A DNA stretch of 37,806 nucleotides from Selaginella moellendorffii (GCF_000143415.4 NW_003314463.1:33392-71197), one strand, 5' to 3'. Counted from the first letter of the stretch, positions 21,640 to 33,539 are shown. Translations and numbers: made by a program. The notes: generated by a model not told the origin, from the letters alone.

Positions 21640-23219
21640 ATGCAGACATATAAATCATGCCACAATATAAAAATATATATGAAGGCAACTCCATAATGAG
21701 GACATCCAAGAGAGTAAGAACTTGATTTCCAATGACCTTGCTTATTGTAATTTGGTTGTAGATGTCGGAGAAACTAGCCAGCACTCTACACGCCAATGTA
21801 CAAATGCATTCTTTCCATCCCTTAGTAAGCTCCTGAATTTGGACTTCCCGAGAAGTCCAAATTCAGGAGCTTACATTTGGTATCAGAAAGGTCTCGGGTC
21901 CGACTTTGTTGGTTGGTTTGGGGAATCACACCACATGTTGATTGACATCTGGCTAGTCCAATTTGCTCCCGCTGGGCTCGACCTGAGGGGTAGGGTGTCA
22001 AGAGAGCGGGGCTCTTGGGAGAGCTGCGGCTCTTAGCTTTCATTCACAAGGGCGTGAACTTGTAGGGAAGCGTGGTGGATTGTAAGCAACTAAAGAAAAC
22101 GATTTGAGAGATGATCCATGGAGTTCAAATATAAAGGGAAAGGGCTCATGAACAAGAGTGCACCCTATTTTTCAATCGGTTAAGAGTCTTGGGATATTTG
22201 AGGTTAAGTGTTCTTGGATTTGAATAGTACTGGGTTGGGTGACCTCTTGGGAAGTCCAAATTCAGGAGCTTACACTCTCCCCATTGCTACAAAGGATGAC
22301 CTCCAAGAGTTATCTTCATTGGCTTCACATAAATAGGTATGAAAAAAAACATGTATTAACTTTAATATTTCCCGGTTTTGAAAACTATTCAGGTTCACCC
22401 TCTTTCTCTTATAAAAAGTGTTGGCAATGTGGGGACTACTTTCAGCTTTCTAACAACATGAGCCAAGAGTCTTCTATGTTCCATCGATGGATGCAAGGAT
22501 TAAGAATGAACAATACTTTTGACATCGATCTCACGTTCTTCAACTTGCTTAATGGGTTACCACCTTTACAAGGCGACACTCCATCTTGGAACATCCTTCG
22601 ACCGGACCATATTTCTCAAGCGGTGGATGTGGCATTCAAGGTGTTGCGATATGAGGGCATTATGCTAATCATTCTTCCCTATTCTTTATTTTGGGGAGGT
22701 CTTCTTGCAATGATGGTGGAGAATGATGACTCTAGATTGGTTGAGTTTGCATTAGGCTGCCTACTCTCAAACATCCCAGTCAAAACCAAAGGAGCAAGTG
22801 GCCAAATCCAAAAGGTTTGCATTTCCTTATTTTTCATATCTTAAATTGATTATCTCTTTTTATTATAGATTTTAGCATGGAACTACCATGATCTCTGCCA
22901 CTACTCTTGCCGTCACAGTATTACACAAGCTTATGAGTGTGCAGGTTTGGCATTGTCAAGATATGATAGCCTAACAGATATCATCCCGAATGTCATCGAC
23001 AAGGACCATCATATAGAGTTCTCTGGTTATCGACACCGTTCACCAAAGGCCATGCAAATCCTCCTAAAGTTGTTTTGTCCTCCTAAGGGGATTGTGGTTG
23101 ATACTACAGCAGGTTTTGGTTCGATGATGCTAGTGGCTAAAGAGACTAGCCGTGCAGTTTTTGCACTGGAGAAGGAGAGTGCATTTGAAGGTGTTCTTGG
23201 GACATTTCACAATAGGTGA
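21640..23219 (+). pseudogene. Spliced N4-cytosine/N6-adenine DNA methyltransferase-like gene (beta-type motif order), degenerate
   Basis: DIDLTFFNLLNGL..PSWN (degenerate motif IV region), KVLRYEGIMLII; a 54-bp intron 22815-22868 joins in frame to ..HRSPKAMQILLKLFCPPKGIVVDTTAGFGSMMLVAKETSRAVFALEKE (SAM-binding end); further candidate introns upstream, e.g. 22337-22392. Confidence 0.75.
21825..22274 (+). mobile_element. TRIM-like or internally deleted LTR element inserted in the MTase-like gene
   Basis: 50-bp palindrome GTAAGCTCCTGAATTTGGACTTC-CCGA-GAAGTCCAAATTCAGGAGCTTAC, then A-TT-TGGTATCAGA (Met PBS); right arm repeated at 22249-22274. Confidence 0.7.
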
Positions 23220-23649
23220 TAATAAAGTATAAATTTCTCATTATAGTAATTCCATCATGGTTGTGTATATTAGGTGGATCAATGATATGGGCTATAATTT
23301 GCCATGTTATGCAGAAGTAATAGCACAAGCTCATATACAACAAAAGCCCACAGTTAAAGAGCATAATACTATACAAATCCTCCTTTTGTGGATATGGATG
23401 CCGAGGAAGACTAAGTTTAGCTTTTTTTTTAGTCGAATTTTTTAGTGGTAATATAGAGTTTCTTCTTTAAGTTATGATATTAATTTTCTTATTAGACTTA
23501 TATTATTTAGCTTTTCTTGGACTGAAAATATGTCTTAAGTTTTGAATAAAATTGTTGGTTCATCCTGAACCAATCATTTAAACATCAACTTTTGTATTTG
23601 GTGGACTTTATTGACTTTTATTGACTTTCATTGACTTGAGTTTAGCTCA

Positions 23650-24600
23650 AAAACTACCTAGCCCTATTAAGGAACCACTCTCTAGGTTATTGGGTAGGGT
23701 CATTCTTATGAATACTTGCTAAGGCATGGTAGAAAGTGCAAAGATATCCTTTGAGTTTAGAGTAAAATAATCGAAAGAAATGTGTAAGGCCAAAAGTAAG
23801 TTGTAAAGGGATAGAACTAAACTATAGGAATCAAAAGGCATAACCAAGGGTGGTTATGGAAATTGGAAATGGAGAATCAAGTAGGTGCTCAAGCGTGTTG
23901 TTACTAGCAATTGTGATGCCATGAAAAATCTAAAATATGAAATAGTCGATATTAGACCATATAGCAATTAGAAAGCTTGTGAAAGGAAAAGCCTTAGTAA
24001 GCTAAGGGACAAAGTCCCTTCAAGGTTCCTAAAGATAATTCATAGATTAGTACCTAGAAAGACAAGTGCAAATGGTTCATACAATGTGTGAAATTAGAGT
24101 GGCACAGTAGAAGCATGGTCTTGAAGTTTGCCATGAGGCAAAACTATCAAGGTTGGGGAAATGGTCTCTAAGTGTTCAAGGAGATGGCTTTAAATGAAAG
24201 TCGATGGTTAAAGACTTTTACGTTTACACATGAAACCATGTTATGCTAGTCGAGTGATTTACTAAACGAGATTGGCAAGTCAGGGGGAACAAAGACCCTA
24301 GTTGAAGGTGTTGACTTCAAAAGGGGTGGCCAATGGGGTTAAGCATGGAGGAGTCTATGCATGATCATAGACTTATCAAATGAGAGGACTTGGCAATTCA
24401 TCTTGGGTGATGCCATCTGTAGATGCATATACGAAAGTTGGGTTCAAGTCTCAACCCTTTAATGCTTAGGTTCGAGTCCTAACTTATTAAGGCATGGTGA
24501 TGGTTTGGAATATGAGGACACTCATCTTTTGGTGGTCATGGACTCTTAGTAAGGAGACTGGCTTGGGTACACCGCTAAGCAAAGGATGCCTGTGAATCAT
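23650..24600 (+). mobile_element. Very degraded Gypsy RNase H/integrase-like remnant
   Basis: LLAIV..AMK-like motif near 23897; no ORF. Confidence 0.3.
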
Positions 24601-25329
24601 GCAGGCATGAATTTTTTGTATGAATTTTTTACTATATATCATATAGTAAAAAATCATATACTATATACAGGTATGAATCATCTTTGTACAACTAAATGTT
24701 TAAAATCATTTGAACCTAGTGCATTATATTATCTTGGATCAGTTGTCTAATTGCCTTTTATATGTATTACAATATCACTTATGCCTCCTTGAATATTTGT
24801 TGAATTTAACACCATTCTCTATTTCTTACAATATTGTGAATGCATTAGCATAGGGATTTATCTCTTTTAATAATTAATCAAGACCACCCATTAGTTGCTC
24901 ATTGCATTTAGAATTGTGTTTGTTTTTTGATTTTTATCTCCGTTGCTGAGCAGTATCTAAAATATTTCATTGTGAATAAGCTGCATTTTTTTCATTATTT
25001 GGTTTCAAACTTCCTACATATATATAAAATTAGGGCCACCTACTGCAATGATCAATGAGGCTCTTTCGTTTAAATATATCGGATGGTTAGTGAAAGATCT
25101 CAATTCAACTATATCAATAAACGTTTTACAATTCTTTCTTTACATTTCAACTCCCTCGTTTTCCTTTTCGTTCCAACTTGTTTTCATTCTGCAGTTGTTC
25201 TCGGCAGCCACGAAAAATATTTTCCAGCCATAGACATAAGAGATGTTGATGTCTGGAGAATACAAAAAAGAAAAACGCAAGCAAATGAAGTTAGTAATGG
25301 TGAAAAGGAAATAGGAACTTACTGCTGGC

Positions 25330-25870
25330 ATTTTCTTTTAAGCCGCTCGAACTTTCTTCATGCCCAAGTTGTTCTCAAGGCTGGGAGCACTCCTTTTCAC
25401 ACCACTCTTCACAGCTTGTCGATCTTAATGCTGCAATATTTGAAAAATCCATGGGTGTTGCAGAACCTGATCAAACCTGAAACTGATTGGTCCTTGCTTG
25501 TTTGCAGCGGAGGATCTCCTTTCTAAGATGTTGGCCATGGATCCGAAAGGTCGCCCCCTGTCACACGAGATCAAATGCTTCCATCAGCTGGTATCCTCCC
25601 TTTCCCAGCGTCTTGTATAAAATTGCTCCTAGCCCCCACATGTCGATGGCTGCCATGTAGAGCTCCTCCTTGTTCTCCACCACCTCAGCTGCCATGTACT
25701 TTGCTGGTCCTAAAGGTGCTGATCACCACTTTGTCGTGAATGTTTAGCTTGGAAAGAATGTTGTCAAGCTTGAGATCCTGGTGAACCACGCCCCTCAAAT
25801 AAATCTCTTTGAAGGTCTTTACCAGCTGCTTGATGATTCTGGCTGCTTTCTCCTCACCAATCTTCTCGCA
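25330..25870 (-). pseudogene. Ser/Thr protein kinase fragment (CAMK/CDPK-like)
   Basis: EEKAARIIKQLV..GVVHQDLKLDNIL, YMAAEVV..AIDMWGLGAILY, QVLQHPWIF; deletions and frameshifts. Confidence 0.8.
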
Positions 25871-26299
25871 AATATGCTATATTCAAAAGACCAAATAATT
25901 ATGGAATAACGCCTTAAGAAAGGAAGGCAAAATTTCCACCAACGAACGCAACCACTCGAGGAAAAATGCCCGTGCCCTGTCCGAAAGGAGAAGAGAATCG
26001 ATTAGGAAGGATTCTAGCAGTGTATCACCTTTTCAAGTCCGTGTTTACAGAAGATTATAAAGAAGGTAAACTAACCAAAAAAAAACACATTACTAAAAAA
26101 CAATCTTTTGTATTGTGTAGACAAAGAAGAAACAACTGATAGTCCAGAAGAACAAAAAAAGGTGAGACTGTGTAATAAAGACTTTGTGAAACTTTAATAA
26201 TTATAAGAAGAGCAGGTATGGATATACATGGTTTCTTCCTCTTTGCTCAGTTTGGCCTTTACTACGGCCTTTTGGACGTCCTGTGGTTTCCTCCTGTGA

Positions 26300-27490
26300 T
26301 GTTTTCCTTCCTGGCGTTAGAGAGTAACTGAGGATGTAAGATTGCACTGCCTGAGCAAAGCCAGGCTTGTACGAGAAGAGCAGCCCACGGAAGAGCTTCC
26401 CATCGATGGAGGCTTCTAGCGTGTATCTGTAGTTGAATATGTCGCTTTCTCTAGCCTCGAACATCTTCTTGCCTAGTGGCTGAACGTGAGCTTGAAACTC
26501 TGTAGCATGAGTTTGACAGGGAAAAATTGGAGAGGTCGAAGGTTTTCCGCAGATACCTCCGTGAGATGAAACCAAGCTCTTGTCTGCATCCCTGTTGCTT
26601 GTCTAGCACGAATGGCATGGCATGATACTCTTTGCCGCCTTCTCTTAAGTTCCTTATACATGGATAACTTTGGTTCTGATGGATCTTTCTCCCTCAGCAT
26701 CTCTTCACAGAAAAACGGCAACCATATTGTCAAGAATGGCAGCAATGTCAATAAAAGAAGAAGCCAACCTGTGTCGAGGAAATACATCTTCAAGCTCTTT
26801 GTTACATCCCTCATAGACGAATAATATGCCTCGCTCTGCGTTCACCAGCTCTTGGCATTAGCTCGGCACCAGTCGTCTTTACCTTCTGCCATGCCATTGT
26901 TTCTGGAAACGCAAATGAATTTGCAAGTTTAAAACCAGCACAATGTATGTACCTGTGTCCAGAATATGAACGTCGTTTAGATAGGCATTACCACCATCCT
27001 CGCCACCCATGACAACGAAACAGTCCTTCTAGGAAGAGCAGGTATGGATATCCCGAGGAATAGGCGAGACTCCAGTGGTTGAAATCTTCGTCCAGACAAA
27101 AGTATCTACAGGAACAAAAAAAAGTTTAGAAGAAAACCAGGAAAGATAACAGGATATTACTCGTGTTCAAAACATGGAGGTCGTTGTAGTACTCCTCCTG
27201 TGAGGGATCACTGGATTTCCCACATCCCCCAAACACGAACAGGTTGTCACCGATGAGAGACGTGCTATGTCCTTCTCTCGGAGCAGGAACATCACCAAAA
27301 ACGTCGGGTTTCCCCCAGGTGTTGGTAGCTGCATCGGATGATAAGAACAAGAAAAAAAAATCGATAGAACTCAGAGCTTACCAGTATCCAAAACAAAGAG
27401 ATTGTCTAGTGGGCTGGTTCCATCGGTACCACCAAACACATAGAGCTTAGACCCGACGGCCGTGGAGCTGTGGCTGTCCCGAGGAGAGTC
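26300..27490 (-). pseudogene. Kelch-repeat (galactose oxidase-type) protein fragment
   Basis: SPRDSHSSTAVGSKLYVFGGTDG, PAPREGHSTSLIGDNLFVFGGCGKS, CSS*KDCFVVMGGEDGGNAYLNDVHILDT, C-terminal YTLEASIDGKLFRGLLFSYKPGF; ~50-bp introns; internal stop; 5' end fused to unrelated sequence. Confidence 0.9.
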
Positions 27491-27501
27491 ACAGCCACCT
27501 A

Positions 27502-28190
27502 CCATAGCCTCTTCGCCTTTCACTCCCAATCCTCGTCTCATTTCCGAGCAGAGCACGTCGATCTACCGAATGCACCTGCGCAGGCGGATGCCGGTGGATT
27601 TGTTCCCTGCGAAAGTCTGGAAGGCATCGAGCCTGTTCTCGCTGATCATCGAGCACAACTATGGCGACACAGAGAAAGCCATGAGCCTCTCAAACCTTTG
27701 CAAACGGAGAAACAAACACAACCTCGTTGTAATAGGCTGGGACTTTCAGCCGCTTAGGATCGTTATCCAGTGCCCTTCCCAGGACTTCTTCCGGAGCTGT
27801 CCAAAAACGAATGTGTTAGAGTTTTTTCTAGTGTCTAAATCGAAGGAACTCACTCAAAGGTGTTGGATAAGGAACAAATGTAGGTTGCGGCTTTTGGTAG
27901 GAGGTTTTTGGTCCCTCACCAAGCTGGACGCCACCATTGCTGCGATTGGCTGGAATATCTTGGTCATCCTGAAACATCTCAAGTTAGAATCGCAGGGACG
28001 ACGATAGGGGGATTGAGACTCTTTTACCAGGTGATATTCTGCGTTGAGTACTTTTTCCATAAGTGCGACTCGTTTCTTCATGAACTCCATAATTCTCCTG
28101 TTGAAGAACGCTTCAGCGTCGGTTAAATGATTGTCATTTTCAACTACTGAGGTGCTCTGCAATGAAGACTTCATCAAACACACACAAAGG

Positions 28191-28227
<37 letters not shown>
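27502..28227. repeat. Direct duplicate of 33540-34327, ending in (GA)n
   Basis: Shared MLCSEMRRGLGVKGEEAMV, NHLTDAEAFFNRRI and a CA/GA microsatellite. Confidence 0.9.
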
Positions 28228-28230
<3 letters not shown>

Positions 28231-28417
28231 CTTCCCGCTAGCAATGATTGATGCTCTTTCTCACGCGCCCTAAAAGACAATTGAATTTTTTTATGATCCC
28301 AAAAGTCACGACTCCCCATTGTTTAATCTCAGCCGTTAGATTTTGGCATATGCCCAGAATAAGCGTCGCCAGTATATACTATTATTATACTGGCTCTTTC
28401 ATTTAAATATATGAGTA

Positions 28418-28444
28418 CTAGCAAAAGTCCCAGCTACGCTGGGA
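28418..28444 (-). mobile_element. Helitron 3' terminus (hairpin plus CTAG)
   Basis: Minus strand TCCCAGC-GTA-GCTGGGA-CTTTTG-CTAG followed by T. Confidence 0.85.
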
Positions 28445-28651
28445 GCATCGTGTTTATTCCTGATGTTTTAGTAATTTCAAAGAGTTGTAATTGTAATTGT
28501 AATTTTTAACATAATCATTATTATAGCATACATAATTAAACATAATATAATATTTATATTGAAAGTCCCTTTTACATTGTATGATCCCGATAAATGTAAT
28601 ATAAATGTAATAAATATCTGTTGTGCTCATTGAACAAAATCTGTTTGCAAG

Positions 28652-29307
28652 ATTAACTGAAGAGAGCTACTTGAAGCTCCAGAAGCTTACTGAGTCACTG
28701 TGAACAATCCCAAAGCTCTTAAGCAGTATGTGCCCCTACAACAGCATGCCTTGCAAGGTGGCCTATGGAGCATAAGATTGTTCTTCTTACCGAGATGAGA
28801 AGGGTAAGTGATGTTTACTTCCTCTCTGTCTTATTTTCTCGTTGATACTGGTTTTTTCTGATATGACAGTTCACGTATCTAACTGTCCTCTACATTTTAT
28901 ATAGGAAAGACTCCAGTCTCGATGTGGATGAGATTTTCTCCTTGTACTACATTGTCAACCAAGGCATTCAGGCTTTCCCCATCAACTTCCCCAACACTGC
29001 CTACAACAAAGCCTTGAAGGTAAAAGCCATATGCATTGTCTTACATAGTTTTGTGATGTTTTCCCATTCTCAGGCCAGGTGAAAGGTCATCAGGCTTATC
29101 CAGGACCTGATCAACCAGCGAAGAGCTTCTAGAAAGCCACAGGAAACAAGCATTCTTTTGTTGCTCATGGATGAGCTGGATGACAAAGGAGAGTTTCTGG
29201 AAGTGCTGAAATCATAGACATGCTCAACATGTACATAAACCCTGGTCACAAATTGATGGCTGATGGTTTCCTAAAGCAAAATCCTGATGTGCTCGAGAAA
29301 GTGAAGA
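28652..29307 (+). pseudogene. Cytochrome P450 CYP88A (ent-kaurenoic acid oxidase)-like internal fragment
   Basis: NNPKALKQYV, IVLLTEMRR, YIVNQGIQAFPINFPNTAYNKALK, LMDELDDKGEFL..EIIDMLNMYINPGH (KAO consensus EIIDxLxMYLNAGH), FLKQNPDVLEKVK; introns retained; frameshifts. Confidence 0.8.
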
Positions 29308-29599
29308 TAAACATTTACAATTTCATACAAATTTTCCTTCATACAATCTTTCTTCTTTAGGCTACATCCAGACTACTCTGTAAAAGTTTCAAACTTCTGT
29401 AATTATAAAAGAAAAAAATATTCTACTGAATTGTATTATATTTATGCTTAATATACAAATTATTGTTATATTATAACATGCTATATTATAATGTATATAT
29501 AAATTTTTGTTTTTTTAGTATCATGATTTTTATGATATTAAAATATTATAGAATAAGTTATTAATATCTTAACTTATAATTTATAGTATAATTTGTGTA

Positions 29600-30035
29600 A
29601 CCAGAAGCCCATGCATGCATTGTCATAAAGTGTGGAATACAAATAGATTTCCTATTCCATCTACATGATCAACAAGAAATAGATGTGACTCACTCTTATT
29701 GTCTAATGCTAGCTTGCAATAGTGTTGTCTGGATGGTGTCACCCTAATAACTTGGATATGAGCATACATCACTTTTTTTCTCCGTGGCAATTTGGCACAT
29801 TGTGGCAGCATTACATCTTGAATGTCTGTCAGATCCTCATCACTATCAAGCTTCAAAAAATCTAATCAGCTCACTACCCTGGCCTGAATTACCCTAATGC
29901 CTGGGTAGATAAAGAAGATATATCTTAGCCCACATATCACTGTAGAGTTCAAATGGCCAGTCCTGCATGTAGAGCTTCCGCATTGGAAACAATTTTCCAA
30001 AGATATTTGTCATCACAACGTCTGCTTTCCATTGA
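29600..30035 (-). pseudogene. Unidentified coding-like fragment
   Basis: Two short ORFs with protein-like composition inside AT-rich DNA; no motif recognised. Confidence 0.3.
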
Positions 30036-30305
30036 AAAAAAATGTGAGGGAGAAGAACATGATAATGCGGTGAGAGAAAAAATACAAGAAACAACTTTGT
30101 GTTTCTTTCAGTTAGATTCATTGTTTGTTTCAGAGTTCAAGTAAAAAAGGTTACTCACAAAAAGAATAGCAGATTGTATAATTTATGATGTTGAAGTGTT
30201 TAGAGTACATCCACACTTCCATACTTCGCATTTATACATTTTTATAAGTACTTAAATTTATTTTCTAATATAATACCTGCAGTCAAAAAAGTTATATGTG
30301 TATTA

Positions 30306-30470
30306 ATACGAAATTATAATAGTGCATTAGCATTTGCATCAATAGGTGCAAACATTGAAGAGGTTGCAGTAGGTGACCCTTATTATTTTAAAATACATGG
30401 ACAAGTTTATCATAATATTGGTTTATTCACAGTTATATATTTTAGATACTGCTCAAGCAACAGAAATAAG
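30306..30470 (+). pseudogene. Helitron Rep/Helicase N-terminal remnant
   Basis: IRNYNSALAFASIGA..GDPYYFKIHGQVYHNIG / QLYILDT, a motif block conserved in Helitron RepHel proteins. Confidence 0.85.
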
Positions 30471-32609
30471 TATGGTAAATAAGTATTGAAATAATAAAAT
30501 CAGTTATATGATTTGTGATTTTTTGAGAACATTTGCTTGTGCTTCATCAGCATTTCACTTGACAAGTTCTTGTCAACTCATCCATGATGTTTTGCATTTT
30601 ATCTAACACTTATTTTGCTTTTACTTTTGATTGTTGCCTACTTGATGGTTTGTTTGCATGGTTGGTTGTGTAGAATTTATTGTCTTTATCCATCTTCCTC
30701 TTGCCACTTTTTATGCTTAGAAACTGAATACATACATAGGTAAAATTCATGTTTATATTAAGCATTAGTCCTTAATTCTTACCATCACATCTCACCATTG
30801 TGGAGTTATCATTCTCCATCTCTTCAAAAATTTGGAGAGGTATTTTTTGAATCAACCTAACTTCTTTTGAGCCATCCATCAAAACTCTTATTCAGTTTCT
30901 ATATAATAGTTGTGCTAACAGTGCATATACACGTGACTTAGATAGAAAATAAAGAGATAGTTTGAATTCAAGTCTCGGCAATAATGAAGCTCCTACAAAG
31001 CACAGAACTCATATGCTCACGCTTCACACACTTAAGCATATCCATCGCCACCTTTTGATCATCTCTCCAAGTCCTCGTGAACTTTACAGGCACTAAGCAG
31101 TCACTAAGAAGTGAATGACATTCTCTTGATGAACCTATCTGCATCTTGTATTAGTTTAGTTCTCTTGAGAAAGTCTGCCACAGTACGTGCTCGTGTGATA
31201 AGTCCACATTATCCACATTCTCATTATCATCAGGATCATACAAGAGTGGAAGTGCCTGGATATTTAGAAGCAGAGAAAACATTGTTCAAGTTATTACTTT
31301 CTGATCATCCCCAGAGGAAATAAGTGAAGAGTTAGGCAGCACACTGAGTACAAGAGTCACCACATCTGTGATCCATACGCCACAAATAGTTGAGAACCGT
31401 ATGGAACTGTTTGCAGGACTTTCCCAGAGGCTCATTATGCGAAGCCAATGTTGTTGTTGTCCTTGTGTTCTCCACCACATCATGTGCAGGAAAGACAGAG
31501 ACAAATAGGGATCATCATAACAAACTGCTCGAGGCTACCCCACCATGTGGAGATGATTCCAGTGGAGTGGTTCCATAAAGCTTCTCGATGTAGGCCCCAA
31601 GAACATGTTATATTGAAATCCCTAGCAATGGCACTACCACAGAGAATGCTACCGTCCCAACTCCATGCTCAAGCCCTGGAAGAATGCCTATCTTCCGGCC
31701 TGCTATGAGAGTTCTAAACAGCACGGGAGGGATTTTTTTTGGTGGGTTCCTCTTCGCAGTGAATGGATTCTCTTTAGTGAGTGTGCAGTTCCATGTGCTG
31801 ATATCAGTAGCACTAAAGAGGAGGAAAATTCTGTATTGGGACAGCGAGCATAACTGCGAGTGTGCGCTCATATTTACATGATTCTGAGTCTGCGCAAGCA
31901 TGGAATTTAAGTAAGCTTTTGCGAAAGTGACCGTGAGTGATATGGTGTAAGCTTTGTATTGCTTACTTGTTGCTTAGTGCTTCAACAGGAATACCAGAGG
32001 AGAAGAGACATCTTGCGACAGGCCAACTATAGGCTCCGTGGTTCATGTGGAGGACACAGCCTGATTATGTAGAGGAGCTGTTGATATAAATGTAGAGAAG
32101 CAAGGTGACTTTGAGCTTGAACTGAGCAATGGGCTTGTACTTGGCCTTCTCGACACATATGTTACTGTTATGTGTGTTGGTCAGAGTGCTCACTTAGAGC
32201 AAAGAAGGAAAGACATTTGCTATTTTTTGTAGCCAGTCAAGGGTAGGAGACACCTTATATATAATGTAGTATTACAACACAAATACAATTGAATCTGGCA
32301 CCACTTCACTTAATTTGTCCTCAGACATGTGATGCTAATAGTAATTGGATTTGACAGCACCATGTCCCTGTAGAGAAACGCATGGTCATCATTACCACTT
32401 CTAGAGCTGCTGCTCTGGATCACTGCCACCACGTTGAAGCTCACCTTGCCATTCAGAGATGGCTCCAAAGTGATAGAGCAAACCAGGACCTCATCAATCT
32501 CTGCTGCTCGTGGGTGATGACAGACCCTGTAAGATCTTCATCCCTGTCCCTTGTGAGATCTTCGTCCCTGTCCCTCGCACTGCCCTTCTCACCTGGCTGC
32601 TACGTACAT

Positions 32610-32735
32610 GTGACTGATCCCAAACTGGTGGAGGATTCTCATGGCCTTGAGATCTTCTCACTGGTGATGGTACTTGTGACTGATCCCAAACTGGTGGAAG
32701 ATTCTCATGGCCTTGAGATCTTCTCACTGGTGATG
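32610..32735. repeat. Tandem duplication, 66-bp period, 2 copies
   Basis: VTDPKLVEDSHGLEIFSLVM encoded twice. Confidence 0.9.
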
Positions 32736-33289
32736 CTGCTGCTGCTACTGCTGTCATTCCGACTCCAAATCTCCTCTCTCTCTCCAGCCACTGATAGCAA
32801 AGAGCAAGACTTACCTGTAGCATTAAGTCGACTCTACCATTGGGACTTCTAGATAGCCTTTCTGTCACCATACTGCCGTAAAAAGCTGTGACAAAACCAT
32901 ACCCCAACCGAAGAACTTCCTCTAGCTTTAATAGCAAAACTCACAAAGCACTATGTTTACCTGTATCCCAAGATATTCACTGACTTTCTCCAAAAAGAAT
33001 AGATATCAGAGGTTCCACTCTGTAATCAAGACGAAAGGATAAATGTAAACACTGCTAAGAGAGTATTCCATCATGTCCTCGCCAGTTTTTTTGCACTTGA
33101 CTGCCAACACTTCCTCAAGAGAACTTGTCATAAACTGAAGAGCACCATGTATGGCTGTCGCGTATGACTATCCATGTAGAGACTACAGGGTTTATAGCGC
33201 TGCAAAATAGAAATCCCTCTCAATGCTTTAAAAACGCAAAACTGAAGAACAAGGAAGCGAACCGTGGATGAAATTTTCTATTTTTTCTC

Positions 33290-33482
33290 TTGGTTCCAGC
33301 CTTGAGCACCTGGAACAAACAGGAACTTTAAGCCTCGAAAGAGAATAGCGAAGAGCAAGAGAGTGAAAAACCTTGATTCTAGTCGTGGTTCCAGCCTCGA
33401 GAACCTGGAACAAACAGGGACTTGAGAGACCCGAAAGAAGAATAGCGACAAGCAAGAGAGTGAAGAACCTTGATTCTAGTCG
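33290..33482. repeat. Diverged tandem duplication, ~96-bp period, 2 copies
   Basis: TGGTTCCAGCCT..GAACAAACAGG..CCTTGATTCTAGTCG occurs twice. Confidence 0.85.
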
Positions 33483-33539
33483 TCGATGACAACGTGAATC
33501 CCCTCGTTGTCCGAGACGTCGTCCCTCTTGTAGCTCCAT

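Noticed and set aside
26201-27556. Functional kelch gene
   Set aside because: Internal stop, missing N-terminus and repeats, and frameshifted C-terminal part
31684-31881. ULP1 protease fragment (..RRKILYWDS)
   Set aside because: No HW motif or catalytic Q..DCG; the resemblance is too weak
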